From the human T2T-CHM13v2.0 reference genome, Homo sapiens: a DNA stretch of 64,000 nt. Under the pieces are notes generated by a model. That model did not search any database and was not told where the DNA came from. It saw only the letters and a program-made list of their open reading frames with translations. Of the stretch, positions 1-14,897 are shown piece by piece (within the stretch, counting starts at the first letter, position 1; every line of letters begins with the position of its first letter). Position numbers and translations under genes: made by a program. The DNA lies in NCBI RefSeq assembly GCF_009914755.1, contig NC_060933.1, one strand, 5' to 3'.

Positions 1-37
1 CCTAAAGACACACAGCTGGTTTGTTGCACAGCCAGAA

Positions 38-380
38 GTTTTGTTTGTTTGTTTTGTTTTTTGTTTTGAGACAGGGTCTCACTCTGTCACTCAGGCTGGA
101 GTGCAGTGGTGTGATCTTGGCTCATGGCAAACTTCGTCTCCTGGGCTCAAGCGATCCTCCCTGCTACTCTGGGATTGTAGGCATTAATCCTTAACCTCCA
201 GAGTAGCTGGGACTGTAGGAGTGTGCCACCATGCCCAACTAATTTTTAAATTTTTTATAGAGACTAGGTTTTGCCATGTTGTCCAGGCTAGTCTGGAACT
301 CCTGGGCTTAAGTGATCTGATCTGACTGCCTCAGCCTCCCCAAATGCTGAGATTACAGGCGTGAACCACCGGGCCTGGCC
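38..380 (-). mobile_element. Alu (J-like)
   Basis: T-rich tail then gagacagggtctcactctgtc...cctggcc. Confidence 0.9.
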
Positions 381-2439
381 AGAGCCAGGATTTGAACCCA
401 AGTTTTTATGATTTGAAAACTCATGCTCAAAGCCCCTACACTGTAGAAGCTGCCTTGGTATCTATTTCTCCCTTATCAGAAGGCCCTCATGCCTACAGTT
501 AGAGGAAGGGACAGAACTTGCATGCACACCAGGCCACCTAACGATGACACACAAGATGAGCATTGTCAACCCCATGTTATGGCTGAGGGACTCAGCCTCA
601 GAGAAGTAAATGAACTTGCCCGAGGTCATAGATGAGAAATAGCAGAACTGGGATTGGAGCCCAGGGTCTTTGCCTGGCCCCACCTGCCCTCTGCCCTCAC
701 AGCCCTATTACTCCTTCCATGATGGGGGTGGCAGACATCCCAGGCTGGGTCTCCAGAGCAGGCCCAAGTCTGGGCCTCAGGGCAAGGTCATCAGGAGGCC
801 AAAGAGGGAAATCTTTAAATGGTGTCAGGTTCATTGCCTTTGTGGCAGAAGGAAGAAAAAAGAAGAGGCACAGAAGCAAGGAAGATGGAGCTGATTCCTG
901 CTTAACTCACACCCTCTCGTTTGGCTGAGTCAGCGATGCAGGGAGGCCTCCCTGGCCTCAGCACAGAATCGCAGGAATCTGCAGATCTGCTGGAATTTCT
1001 CTGCACTGGCTGGCACGGGAGGTGACGAGAGCAGAGGAAAACGACTGCTGTTTTTATTCTCTGGGGCTGGTTTCTTTCTCTCCCCACTCCCCCCCGGCTT
1101 CTTGCTCATGTCTTTGAAAGGCCACTTGTCTCTGACTTGCACAGCACTCAACAGTCTAGAAAGCCCCTACAAAGAGCTCTTCGGTCCCCAAAGTGATTTA
1201 TGATTTTGAAGTGCTTTTTGGATTATGAAAGGCTAACCTACAATAGCCTCCTCACTGCGGCAACATTTACAAAGCGCTTTGCAAGTCACACGGCATTTTA
1301 TAGTTTGCAACATTCTTTGCAGCCAAAAGGTGCTTACCTCTCCAGAGGGGACTTCAGAGTTTGCAAACCCTGGTCACACCTCTTCCTTTATTTAAACTGC
1401 AGTACAGCTCTGTGATAAAGGCTGATAATAATATCTATCACTCATATGGCGTTCACAGTGTCCTAGATATTCTTATGAGCGCTTTACATACGTTCACACA
1501 TTAATGGTTCAACAACCCCGCAAGGTTGCCACTATTATGATACCCATTTACAAATAAGGATGTTGAGGCACAGCCAGGTAAACCTTGCCCAAGATCACAG
1601 GGCTGTTAAGTAGTGGAGCTTGGATTTGAGGCATTGATGTTTGATAGGATGACGACACATTTTGTATCCATTTTTCATATGAGAAAAACAGAGGTCTAGG
1701 GCAGTAGCCAGTTCTGTCATGCCCCCCGTGTGACCTCAGACTGGTCTTGGCATGTCTCTCGGTCTCTTTTATCCTTCTCTGCAGAACTGAAAGGATAAGC
1801 CCCGCCCTGCTCTCTTCTCAACTCTGAACAAATGTGAGGTGTGGGGGTGATGATGCTGGAGGGAGGAGGCCAAGCCTCAGCACCCCCTCCCTGGCCTTGC
1901 TGCCTGTGCCAAGGTACCAAGCCTTGCCTCAGCTTTCCCCTCTTGGGTGTGGCTCCACTCTGTACAGAAGGCCACCTGGAGGCCTTTCCTGAGATCTCCT
2001 ATCTTACAGGTGGAGGGAGAGTAGGGTGATGGGGTGGCATGGAGGAGGGAACTTCACCGAGGGCCCAACTCCCATCTTCTGGGTAAAGTCCTCTAGTGAG
2101 AGCCCAGAAAAATCACAAGAGTCCAGCCCCCCAGCCATTGACCAGCTGGAGAAACTGAGGCCCCAAAAGTGGAGGTACTTACAGTCACTCAGAGAAGTGG
2201 GTGCAGAGGTGGGGCTGGAATTCATCTCCATGCCCTTCCCATGGCCTGTGCTGGGAGTGTGGCTTCAGATCTGAGAAGGCCTTAGATCATTTGTTCATTC
2301 CTTCATTCATTTGTTCATTCATTCTTTCATTCAGCTAGTCAGTCAACAAACATTTCTTGAGTGTCCACTCTGTGTCAGATGCTAGATTTAATAATTGTGG
2401 GTATGGCTTGGTCCCTGCCCTCATGGAGTTTATAGTCTA

Positions 2440-3010
2440 GCACTGTGCTGCCCAGTGCAGTAGCCTCTGGCCACATGTGGCTGTTGAGCAGTTGAAATGC
2501 AGCTATTCCAAACTGAGATGTGTTACAAGTGTGAAATACACACTGGATTTTGAAGACTTAGTATGGAAGAAAGTAAGATATCTCAATGATTATTTATTTA
2601 TTATTATTATTTTTTTTTAGACAGAGTCTTGCTCTGTTGCCCAGGCTAGAGTGCAGCAGCGCAATCTTGGCTCACTGTAGACTCTGCCTCCTAAGATCAA
2701 GCAATTCTCCTGTCTTAGCCTTTTGAGTAGCTGGGACTACAGGCACACGCCACCAATCCTGGCTAATTTTTGCATTTTTAGTAGAGACAGGGTTTCACCA
2801 CGTTGGTCAGGCTGGTCTTGAACTCCTGACCCTAGGTGATCCGCCTGCCTCGGCCTCTCAAAATGCTGGGATTACAGGCGTGAGCCATGGCACCCAGCCA
2901 TTAATAATTTTTTTTATCTTGATTACATGTAGGAATGATATTTGGAGTATAGTGGGTTAAACAAAATATTAGATTAACTTCTTCTGCATCTTTTTACTTT
3001 CTTAAACAGT
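2440..3010. mobile_element. hAT-Charlie MITE (MER3/MER33-like), interrupted by an Alu
   Basis: gtagcc..gccacatgtggct and aaatacacactggattttgaagacttagta motifs, resuming after the Alu. Confidence 0.65.
2590..2900 (-). mobile_element. Alu (S-like)
   Basis: Alu consensus, antisense. Confidence 0.92.
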
Positions 3011-3015
3011 AGTTA

Positions 3016-3273
<258 letters not shown>

Positions 3274-3464
3274 CTCATTCTTCCGAGAGGAGGTGGCTTC
3301 CTCTTGCCAGTGAGGAGGTCTCTTGGGGCCCGTGTGAGCAGCCGAGTACTTGGGGGCACCAGCTCTGTGGCTGTACCACCTGGACCTGGTCTTGATTCTG
3401 CCACTCACCAGCTGTGACTCACCACCCCACAATGACCCACATGATTACAATTGTGCTATGGGTC

Positions 3465-3858
<394 letters not shown>

Positions 3859-6023
3859 TAAGGAGAAGCAACTAGAGGGGAACAGCATGCTGGACCAAGG
3901 GAACAGCAGGGGTGGAGATCGGCCCTGTTGAGGCCCTGAGAGAAGCAGGTCAGCTTGGCCGAGGCTCAGAGATCTGGCAGGAGGGGGGCCCTGGTGGTGG
4001 ACAGAGGCCAGATCACAGGACCTCAAGGGCCACACTGAGGAGATTGTTCTTTATCTGGAGGGCAGCTGGGAGCCATGGAAGGTGTGTAAGCATAGGAGTG
4101 CCTGGAAGCCTCAAGCGCTCTCTGGCCTTGTATAAGGATTGAGAGAGGCAGAGTCTGAAGCTGGCTTTCTCTTCCTCCAGAGAGGTGGCCCATGGCAGGG
4201 CTTGAATTCTCGCCAGGTGGAGCTTGCTGGAACTCCAGCTTCACTGCTCTCTCGCCGTGTGGCTGTGTGACCTCAGCCAGATGACCTGCCTCTCTGTGCT
4301 TCGGTTTCCTTATCTGTAAAACAGGAATAACGGTGGTGAGTCACTCGAGGGTTCTGCGAAGACTTGGTGACGTAACGCTTGCGAAGTGCTTGGCACAGAG
4401 TAGGTCCACGAATAGTTGTCCCTTTTCCTTTTCCCTTCCTGAGTCCCCCCACCCCACCTGTCAAACACCATGCCCCCGCTCCTCAGGCGGCAGGAAGCAG
4501 GATCGGAGGAGCGTTTCTGCACCCGTCAGAGTATTTATAGCTGTGTGCTGTCAGCCCGATGTTGTTTTTCGGTTGCATATATATTTTTACATTTTCCACC
4601 GTCACACATGGTTTCTCAGTGCGGTTGAGAAGCAGCGGGGGTGGAGGGTGGTGGATGCAGAGAGTGGAGAGTGTAGGAGGCGGAGCCGGATGGCCCAGGA
4701 CAGCACCGAGGGACGGCCTCGGTCACTTCTGTCTCAGCTCAGAAGCCATCGATGGTTCCCTATTACCCTCTGCCCGCAGCCCGGGCTCCTTCGCCATGGG
4801 TCCAGGCCCTCCCGAGAAGGATTACATGTAGGAATGATACTGCGCACCGCAGCTGCGTTTCTCACCACTGGCTCTCTCCACTCCCCGCGTCTGAGCCACT
4901 TTCTTCCCCGAGTGCATAACCAGGGGAAAGCGAACCGGACGTAGCTCTGCTACTCACCAGCTGCGTGACCTCAAGCAAGTTTCTTTACCTTTCTGAGCCA
5001 ACGTTTCCTTTCCTGTGAGACAGGAGCACTAACTCCAGTGTCCTGGAGCTGCCGTGAGGATTGAGTGTACAGGCGCCTGCCCACGAATCCATGGTAGCCA
5101 TTGTTAGGCGCGCTTCAGTCGCGTGTCTCCAGGCCTTTGCACAGGCCGTTCCCTCTGCCAGGAATCCCCAGGCCACCTCTTCAGGGAGTCCTCCGGGCCT
5201 ACTGCTCCCCCGCACCTCAGCCCATCCACTCTGGGAGGGGACTAGGAGAGTTCTTTGTAACGAAATTCTTTCTCCTCTAAAAATAGATGTCACACTCCTT
5301 GCTTATAAAAATAATCCGTACCCTCCCAGTACCAAGCCTTCCCGTGTTCCTGCTCTATCCTCACACACTTCCCCGGGAAGTGGGTACCATGTCTCCATTC
5401 TACAGGTGTGGGAAGTGGATTCGGGAAGGGAAGTGACTCATCCCAGCTCTACTCAAACTCAGACTTCAGACTCAAGGCCCCGTGGTTCTTGCTACGCGCA
5501 GCCTGACATGGCCTCCCTCCCCTACACAAGGCAGAGTTGTCTTCAGAATCTGTCACGTGGGTGATCATGCGACCCCACGGGGTGTTCTGAGGAAGCAGAG
5601 GGGCCCTGAACTAGATGCCATGGCTTGGTGCCCAGGACACACTCCCTTTCCTCGCAGGTCACTGCCTCCAGTCTCAGAGCCCACCCAGGCTCCTCTCTGC
5701 TCTCTGACCTCCTTCTCACAACTTGGGAGCCCAGGGCCCCCCACTCCCTGCCTGCCAAAGGCCAGGCCCTCAGAGCTGGCTGTGTACCCCTAGCCTTGGC
5801 GTCTGAAGTGGGTGGAGCTGGCCGTAGAGGGCACTGTTGCTAGGCAACAGTCTGGCAAAGAGTATCAGGCACCCTGAGAGGAAATGAAAAGGGGCCTTTC
5901 CTTGGGGGCTGGAGGGGAACAAGGTGGGGATGGAAAGAAGAAGGGCCTCCACCTCTTCTCCATGCTGCCAAGACCTATACCTCATCTTCACCCTCTCCAT
6001 CCCCACTTCAACCTCTCACTTAT

Positions 6024-6371
<348 letters not shown>

Positions 6372-8187
6372 TAATTAGCTTGTTAATTTATTTACTTGCT
6401 GTCTGGTGAATCACGGCTTCACTACTTGCTGCGACTTCGTTACCCCATCTGTGAAATGGGAATAATGACTGTATAGATTTCATAGGGTTGTGTTTACACC
6501 GCCCATGGTGAGCACATTATAAATGTTTGTTCTTATGATGATGAGTTATTCACAATACTTCCTAAGCACCAGATCTGTGCCTAGCGTCACGCGGGGCTCT
6601 GCGGTGACGGAGGTAAATGAGCTCTCAGCTCAGTGGGAGAGACAGATAAGACCACAGGTGGAGCTGGCATGGGCCTTGCCCATCACCTCCAGATTTCCTC
6701 CGATTGTTTTGTGGGCACATAGGGGAGTGTTAAGGGCAGGGGCTGTGGAGCCCTGCACCATGGAATTGTAGGCTGACCCTTTACTTACTAATGCTGCACT
6801 CTTGGGTGACAGATTTAACCCCTCTGACCTTGGTTTTCCATCTGCAAAGTGGGACCTGGCAGTAAACATCTTCCTGGATCTAGAGAGGATGCAATGAGAT
6901 CATGTGTGACCCTTTCTGGGCACTGGGTCAGCTTGCAACAGGGCAGCAATTATTGTTATTGGTGCACGGTGGGAACCGGGTCTCCCCAGGGTGCCGTGAA
7001 GTCTCTGAGGGCCGGGACCCAGTTTCTCCTCCTTTTTCTCTCTTTGCTCCACCTTTCTGGGTCTGCCTACTGTTTTCCACCTCCAGCCGTATGCTCATGC
7101 CGTTCCCTCTTCCTGAAATAATCTTTCTCGTTATTTCTCCTAAAGCTCTAATATAGTTCTTGGAGGCTTCAGGCCCCAGCTGGGACGTCTCACAAAGTGA
7201 ATCTGGGGTAGATTTTCAATAAACTCCTCACTTATATCCTGCTGCAGCCAAGCCCCCAGGACCCCATCTCCTTGGAGGAGCCAAGTAGGGTGGCTGCAGC
7301 CTCTGCAAGTGAGCTGACTCCTTTGGGGCATAATTCACACTTTCTCTTAGCCTCTGTCCCCCGAGGCCAAGCCTACATGGTCCATCTCTGCAGATTTTCT
7401 GCCCACGAGTTCCCTGGAATCCAGAGAACACTCCCAAGAGAGACAGTCCTTGTCACACCACTCATGATCTCCCAGGCTGCTTCTCCCCAGTGCTTAGCAC
7501 ATGGAGATGCATTCATTTCTTGTGAGCACGTTTATTGACTGTGTGGCTCCCCTGCCAGCCTGAACACTCCGCAAGGTCAGGCTCTGCCTCTGGTTCCCCA
7601 CTCAGTCCCCAGCACCCAGCCCAGACCTGGTGCATAGAAGATGCTTGTCACAGAGATGCTGTGTGGGTGGATGGACAGATGCATGAAGAATCCGTGGTGT
7701 GGAGCACACGGGGAAGTGGCCTTTGTTCTTCCATATAGAACGGCAGAGGCTGGAAGACCAAGGATCAGAAATTCCAGAGGTGAGTTTCAGCTCTGTGAGC
7801 CCAGACAAGTGGGATCCCCTTTTGGGGGACTCGGTTTCCTTACCTGTGCCATGTCTGCATAATAGTGCCTACCTTATGGAGATGACTCTGAGCATCCAAT
7901 GATAGGAACTGGGACACCCAGAAGGGAATGATGGCCTGCCAGAATTTGGGGCTGGATCAGTTGCACAGATTCATGTGCCACTCACTACCCTTCCCTGACA
8001 CCCCTGCTGCCCTGGGCAAGACTTAGGAACTTGGTGACTAGCTAGTTCAGGTGACAGAGGGGCCTGGATGCTCCTTATGAGTCTCCCTTTGGGAGATGAG
8101 CCCCTGATTGAGCCTAGATCCTATAGAAATACAGTGTGGGCCAGAGGCCAAGTCATGCATGTCTCTGAGCCTTGGCCACTTTGTCTA

Positions 8188-8554
<367 letters not shown>

Positions 8555-9999
8555 CTACGGGTTGTCCCGAGGAAGCAGAGGGACCTGGAAGTAGATCCCA
8601 TGGCTTGGTGCCCACAGCTATTAGGATTTTTCTTGTCAGTCGTGGTAGATTTTGGTTCTTCCATAAAGAGGAACCCATTTAGGTGTTTTTTAGAAATACC
8701 TCTCTGAATTGAGATTCCGTGACTCTGACTTCCTGGCTGACCGGGTGAGTCTGGCTCAGTTCTCAGTGTAAGCCACACCCCAGTCTTCTACCTCCCACGC
8801 AGCCTCTCTTCATTTTGTCTCAAATGGCCCTCTGCTTTCCATGGGAGGCCTGGGCTCAGTCTGGGACTAGGATCTGAGCTTAGACTGGGGTGGAAACTAG
8901 GCTCCGTCTGTAAGCAGTATTGAGGTTCAGTCTGCCTGGGAACGATGAGTCTGCGGATGACCTGGGTTGGGTCTCATTCAATGCCAGGATTGTCTGTGAC
9001 AAGTATTTCAGCCTGCATTCCTGGAAACAGATTCTGGACTGCACGTGTGTTTCTTGGGGCATGTCCTTGGGAGATCCACCTGGAAGGAAGGAGCAAGGCT
9101 GACTGGGCAGAAGGAGACTGACCCACCGTGAGGTTGCAACTGAGGTCCCTACGAGGACCCCTGGAGCTGACGATCCCCTAGGGTTTCCTAGTTGAGAAGG
9201 AGCCGTGCCTCTGCAGCCACACATGGGTCAGGCACTGGCCACAGGCTGTCCCTGGCATGGGGTATAACCCAGTGAGGTAACAGCAGTCCCAGCAGCTTGG
9301 CCCTGAAGAGGGGCTCTGGAGCACAGAGTAGTCCCCACAACCCACCCCAAAGCTCAGGCTCACACCAGTGTTTCAGTCAGACGCTGGATGTCCCCACAGG
9401 ACAGGATCTTTGTCCCCAGCATCTAGCACAGGGCCTGGAGGGACAGCACAAGCCTCAGCCTGCAAATGGAGGAAGAAGAGGAAGTGTGAAGTGGTGCCCT
9501 GTGCCGCATTGTGTGGGCCAGCTGCTCAGCCTCCCCCAGAGGTTCAGAGAGGGCTGGCCACCTGCCTAAGGTCACACAGCTGCTAAGGGCAGAGCCAGGA
9601 TTGGAACCCAGGACTGGCTGAGTCCAGAGCTTATGGTCTCTCAGCCACATCAGACTGTGAGCTTATTAGAAAGCAAGGGCCGGGGGAAAGGAAAAGAGCT
9701 GCTCTTCCCAGTTCCCGGAGCAGGGCACTGGAGCGGGGCCCACCAACTCTGGCCACCTCTGGCCAACCTGCCAGGACCCATGCCCAGGGGAGGGAGCGGC
9801 ATCTTGCGGGCGGGCAGCCTTTCTTGGGTAATGAGGCCCAGCCGGCAGTTTGCAGGCCTTACCATGTGAATAATTCATTTGCAACCAAGTCTGGGAATTA
9901 GAAACCGTTACTGGATGATTTATTTAACAGGGGCTGCTGCTGGGGAGAGGGGAGGAGGATTTTGAACTATAAAAGGGAAGTACATACCTTGTAGATAGA

Positions 10000-10215
10000 T
10001 TCAGAGAGTCCCACAGACCTGGGTTTCAGTCCAGGTCTGCCTTCTACCAGCTGTGTGACCTTGAATAAGTGACTGGACCTCTCTGTGCCTCAGTTTTCTT
10101 TGTTGCAAAAAGGGGATAATAATAGAGTTGTTAAAAGGATTGAATGAGTTAGAATTTGGAGAGCACTTAGAATCATGCCTGGTTCATAGTAAGTGCTCAG
10201 TGTTTGTTGTATGAA
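10000..10215 (-). mobile_element. MIR (representative of many MIR/L2 remnants in the window)
   Basis: agctgtgtgaccttg..ctctgtgcctcagttttc..gcacttagaatcatgcctgg. Confidence 0.8.
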
Positions 10216-10277
10216 TACATGACAGCCTATATAGAATAGGAGCTTAATTGAGCATGTACTTTGTGACAGGCCCAGTT

Positions 10278-10564
10278 CTTTTTTTTTTTTTTTTTTTGAG
10301 ACGGAGTCTCGCTCTGACGCCAAGGCTGGAGTGCGGTGGTGCAATCTCGGCTCACTGCAAACTCTGCCTCCAGGGTTCACGCTGTTGCCTCAGCCTTCCG
10401 AGTAGCTGGGACTACAGGCACCCGCCACCACGCCTGGCTAATTTTTTGTATTTTTAGTAGAGACCGTGTTAGCCAGGATGATCTCGATCTCCTGACCTCG
10501 TGATCCACCCGCCTCGGGCTCCTAAAGTGCTGGGATTACAGGCGTGAGCCATGGCGCCTGGCCG
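10278..10564 (-). mobile_element. Alu (Y-like, small internal deletions)
   Basis: gtgttagccaggatg..tctcgatctcctgacctcgtgatcc. Confidence 0.9.
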
Positions 10565-11679
10565 GCAGGCCCTGTTCTAAGAGCTTAACATGCGTTATCT
10601 CATAGCACTCATGTAAATTGGATATTATTATTATTGCATCTATATTAGAGATGAGAAAATAGAAGCTCAAGCTGGAGCTCAGACAGCTAGTCCTGGCAAA
10701 GCAGGGATCTGAACCCAGCCAAGACTCCCTGACTGCAGGGCCCATGCAGTTAACCACATTCCCATATCACAGATCTGATGCACAGCCTAGCACAGACCTG
10801 GCTCTTATTTTAAGAAAAATGTCCCTGTCCCCGCTAAGCATTGCCACTTTCATCATGACATTTGATTCTATTAACAAACCCGACAGGTGGTCAGGGAGCA
10901 TGTGGTCTCTCTCAGCTGAGGAAGCTGAGGCTCAGAGAAGGACTTGAATCGTTCAATGTCCCACAGCCCCAGATGAAAGCCAGGCCTCCCTGAGGCCTCC
11001 TAGCAATGATCACAATGTGTCTTATAACAGCTCAACCCCAGGCGTGTCTGCTCACGCCAAGACTGCACTCCTGGAAGGCAGAGGCTGTGTCTTGGTTTTG
11101 CCGGATTCACTAAAGGTCCTTATTAAATAGCAGAGGAAGGAAGGAAGAGAGGGAGAGAGGCAGGAAGGGAAGGAGGGAGCAAGGGAGGGAGGTAAGCAGG
11201 CTGATATAGTAGGTAAACTGTCTCTTGTCATCTTTATGCTGCTCCTGCCATAGCTCCCCACACACCCCCCCACCCAGTAAAACATACACTGGAACACATG
11301 CTCACACGCTCCTGTCCAGGGTGAGGTCAGTGTGGCCCCTGAGCCAGGCTGCCTGGCACGTGGCTGTGAAATCGACCCAGGCACTTCTGAGGGGCCAGGT
11401 GTCCTTGGCCTCCCACAGGAGGTGGCACTTTGCCAGACCCTTGCAGAGGGTGGCGGGGTCTCCAGGCCTGTCCCTGGATGTGAGCACAGGGACACGGCAG
11501 CTCTGCCCTGTCCACCGGCTGCTGGCGGGCCTCCCGGGCTGTGCAGTGCGCTGGGTACACAGGTGTTTGGGCTTTTATGATTGCATAGGGGTCTGTGTGT
11601 CTGTGGATGTGGGACTGGTGTGTTTGTAGATGTGTACTGAGGATATTTTTGAATCTTGTAGGTGTGTTGTGTATCTCTG

Positions 11680-13595
11680 CACATATTTGCATTTGTGTGG
11701 GGGGTGTGTTCTGTGAGGGTTCTGTATCTGGGTATTTCGATTTCGAGTGTTGGGATAGGTGTGTGCGTGTGTGTGTGTGTGTGGATGTGAATATGTTTGT
11801 GTGTATTTGGGTGCTCTGGGGGGCATTGTGTGGATGTACACACACGTCTATCCAGACTAGTGCATGTCTGTGTTAGCCAGTCTATGTGTGTTTGTAGAAT
11901 CTTGTATGTATACAGATATTTGCGTATCTGAATTTGGAGAGCATTTCCGGCATGTGGGAGGGTGTGTGCGCGTGTGTGTGTGTGTGTGCGCGCGCACGCG
12001 CGCGCGCTACGTGATGCGTGTGTGATGTCGGATGTCTGTGGGGGTGTATGTGTCATATGTGTGGTTTGTAAGGTGTGGAGTGCTGTGTGTATGGTGTGTA
12101 TGTGGTCTGTGATGTGTAGGGGTTATGATATGTGTGTGTGTGTGCATGCTGTGATGTGTGTGGCATGTGATGAATGTGTGTGGCATGTGATGTGTGTGCT
12201 TATGCGATATATATGGTGTGTGATGTGTGGGGGTTGTGTGGTGTGTATAGGTGGTGTGTGATGTGTGGGTATTGTGTGTGATGTATGTGTTGTGATGTAT
12301 GTGTACACTGTGTGATGTGTGGGGGTTGTGATGTGTGCAGGTGTGTAGTGTATGCTGTGTGTTAGGTGTGTGTGTATGGTGTGTGCGGTGTGATGTGTGT
12401 GGGTTGTTTGTAGTGTGTTGATGTGTGTGTTGGTGTGTGTATGAGGGTGTGTGGTGTGTGTGTTGTGATGTGTGCAGGTGTGTGGTGTGTGATGCACCTG
12501 TGTGGGTGTGTTATGTGTGCAGGTGTATATTGTGTGTGATGTGTGTGGGTTGCATATGTGTAGTATGTGTGTTATGTGTATGCTGGTGTGTGTGTGTGAT
12601 GTGTGTGGAGGGTGTGGTGTGTGGGTTGTATGTTGTGTAGTGATGTATGTAATGTATGTTGTGTATGATGTGTGTGTTGTGTGATATGTGTGGGAGTGTG
12701 TGTTGCATATTATGTATGTGTTGGTGTATGAGTGTGTGGTGTGTGTGGGTATGTGTATATGATGTGTGTGTTGTGTGATGTGTGTGTGTTGTGTACAGGT
12801 GTATGGTGTGTGATGTCTGCAGGTGTGTGTTGTGTGTTATGTGTATGGTGTGTGTGAAGTGTGGGGGTTGTATGTGTTGTGATGTATGTGGATGTGAAAT
12901 GTGTGTGTTATGTGCAGGTGTGTGTTATGTGTGTTGTGTGTGTGGTGTGTGATGTGTGGGAGTTGTATGTGTGTAGTGTGTGTGTTGTGTGATATGTGGG
13001 TATGTGTGTAGTGTATGTTGTATGTGTTGGTGTGTGTATAAGTGTGGGGGTTGTATGTGTGTGGTGTGATGTATGTGGGTGTGTAATGTGTGGGTGTGTG
13101 TTGTGATATGTGCAGGTGTGATGTGTGTTGTGTGATGTGTGGGGCTTGTATATGTGTAGTGTGTGTTATGTATGTGTGGTGTGTGATGCATGTGTGGGTG
13201 TGATATGTGCAGGTGTGTGTTATGTGTGTTATGTGTGTGTGGTGTGTGATGTGTGGGGTTGTATGTGTGTAGTGTGTGTGTTGTGATGTATGTGGGTGGT
13301 GGTGTATGTGATGTGCAGGGGTTGCATGTGTGGTGTGTGGGTGTTGTGATATGTGCAGGTGTGTGTTATACATGTGTGTTTGTGTGGTGTGTGATGTCTG
13401 GGGGTTGTATATGTGTAGTGTGTGTTGTGATGTATGTGGGTGTGTGATGCGTGCGTGGGTGTGTGTGATATGTGCAGGTGTGTGTGTTGTGTGTTGTGTG
13501 TGTGGCGTGTGATGTGTGGGGTTGTATGCATGTAGTGTGTGTGCGTTGTGATGTATGTGTGTGACGTGTGGGGGTGTGGACGGGCATGACGTGTA
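11680..13595. repeat. Degenerate TG-rich simple/minisatellite tract (~1.9 kb)
   Basis: tgtg/gatgtg/gttg motifs; almost no C on the + strand over 12040-13580. Confidence 0.95.
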
Positions 13596-14897
13596 CAGAG
13601 AGAGGTCCAAGCATGAAGATCAGGAGTCTTTGTTCCAACTTTGGCATGTGACGTGGGTCAGCCCCTGCCCCTATCAAGCCTCGGTTTCCCTGTCTGGGCA
13701 GTGAGCGCCATGTTGTTCAAGGGGGCCTGCATTTCGGGGTGCTCAGCCGCACAGAGAAGGCAGCTTCCGGGGAGCTCTGCCACGTCGCGGGCATGTCTCC
13801 TTGCAGGTTGTAAAATCCTTTTGGCAGGATTTGGGCTTGGGCTTGCTCTTTCCATCAGATTTAATAGGAAAAGGGTTTCCTGTTTCGGTGTCTCCGTTTG
13901 TTATTCATTTCTTGTTTTCATAAAATGTTAAAAGACTGTGCCATTTAGACAAGTAGAGATGCCAGTCACTTTCCCTAAAATTGTCATCCTGTCACTCCCT
14001 GCTCTGCAGCTGGGGTGATCCTTCCCAAATGCCAAGCTGCCATGACACTGCCCTGCGGAGATTCTTCCCAGGATCCCCTCCTCTCTGGTGGCCGTGGACT
14101 CCCAGTGGCCCCCTCCTCTCCAGCTGCCTCCCTGCTCTCTGCACCGCAGCCTTGCCACCCTCTGTCCCCTTCTATCCGTGTCTCTGCCAGCCTCCCCTGC
14201 CTCCAGCCTCTGTCCAGGGATATTCCCTTGTCCTGGAATGCTGCTCTCCTGACTCCCATCTCTCCCCTCATTTCCTCTGGCTAACTCCTCTCCATCCTTC
14301 CCCCTCTGGATGCTCTGAGGAGGATCAGGTCTGACTGTGAGCTCCCCAAGGACGGGCAATCTGGTTCTCCCTAGTAATCTCAGCACCTACCATGTTGCCC
14401 AGCACACAGGAGGTGTTTAATAAACACTTGGCGAGTGAATTAATGCATTATGAATGAATGGATGATGTCCTGTCCAGCTTTAGCTTCAGTGGCCGGAAGA
14501 CCCGAACCCAGGGTGAGGACTCAGATGGCATCTCCATCAGAAGCAACTGCCTCCAGCTTCAAACTGTCCTGAGCCCTGACCCTGGGCTGACTGAGCCCTG
14601 ATCCTGGACTCAGACTAAGCCCTGACTTCAGCTGCAGACTGAGTCCTGACCTGAGACATTTAGCTTTGACTCCAGACACAGACCGAGTTTAACCCCTTCC
14701 ATGAAATCATTGCTGGGGAGAGTCCTGGGCTGGGAGTTAGAGGTCTCAGTTTGAGCCTTAGCTCTGCCACAGTTCTCTGGGTGACCCCAGAAGGTCCTAT
14801 CCCCCTGTACCTCAGCATCACAGCAAAATAGGTGCATCTCCAGAAAGTACAGAACACCATTGAAATATGGCAGCCAGTCCGAGGGTGGTGGCCCCTT

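Noticed and set aside
11052-13677. Long His/Thr-rich and Cys/Val-rich ORFs (up to 334 aa)
   Set aside because: Translation of the TG/CA repeat; stop codons are absent because of composition
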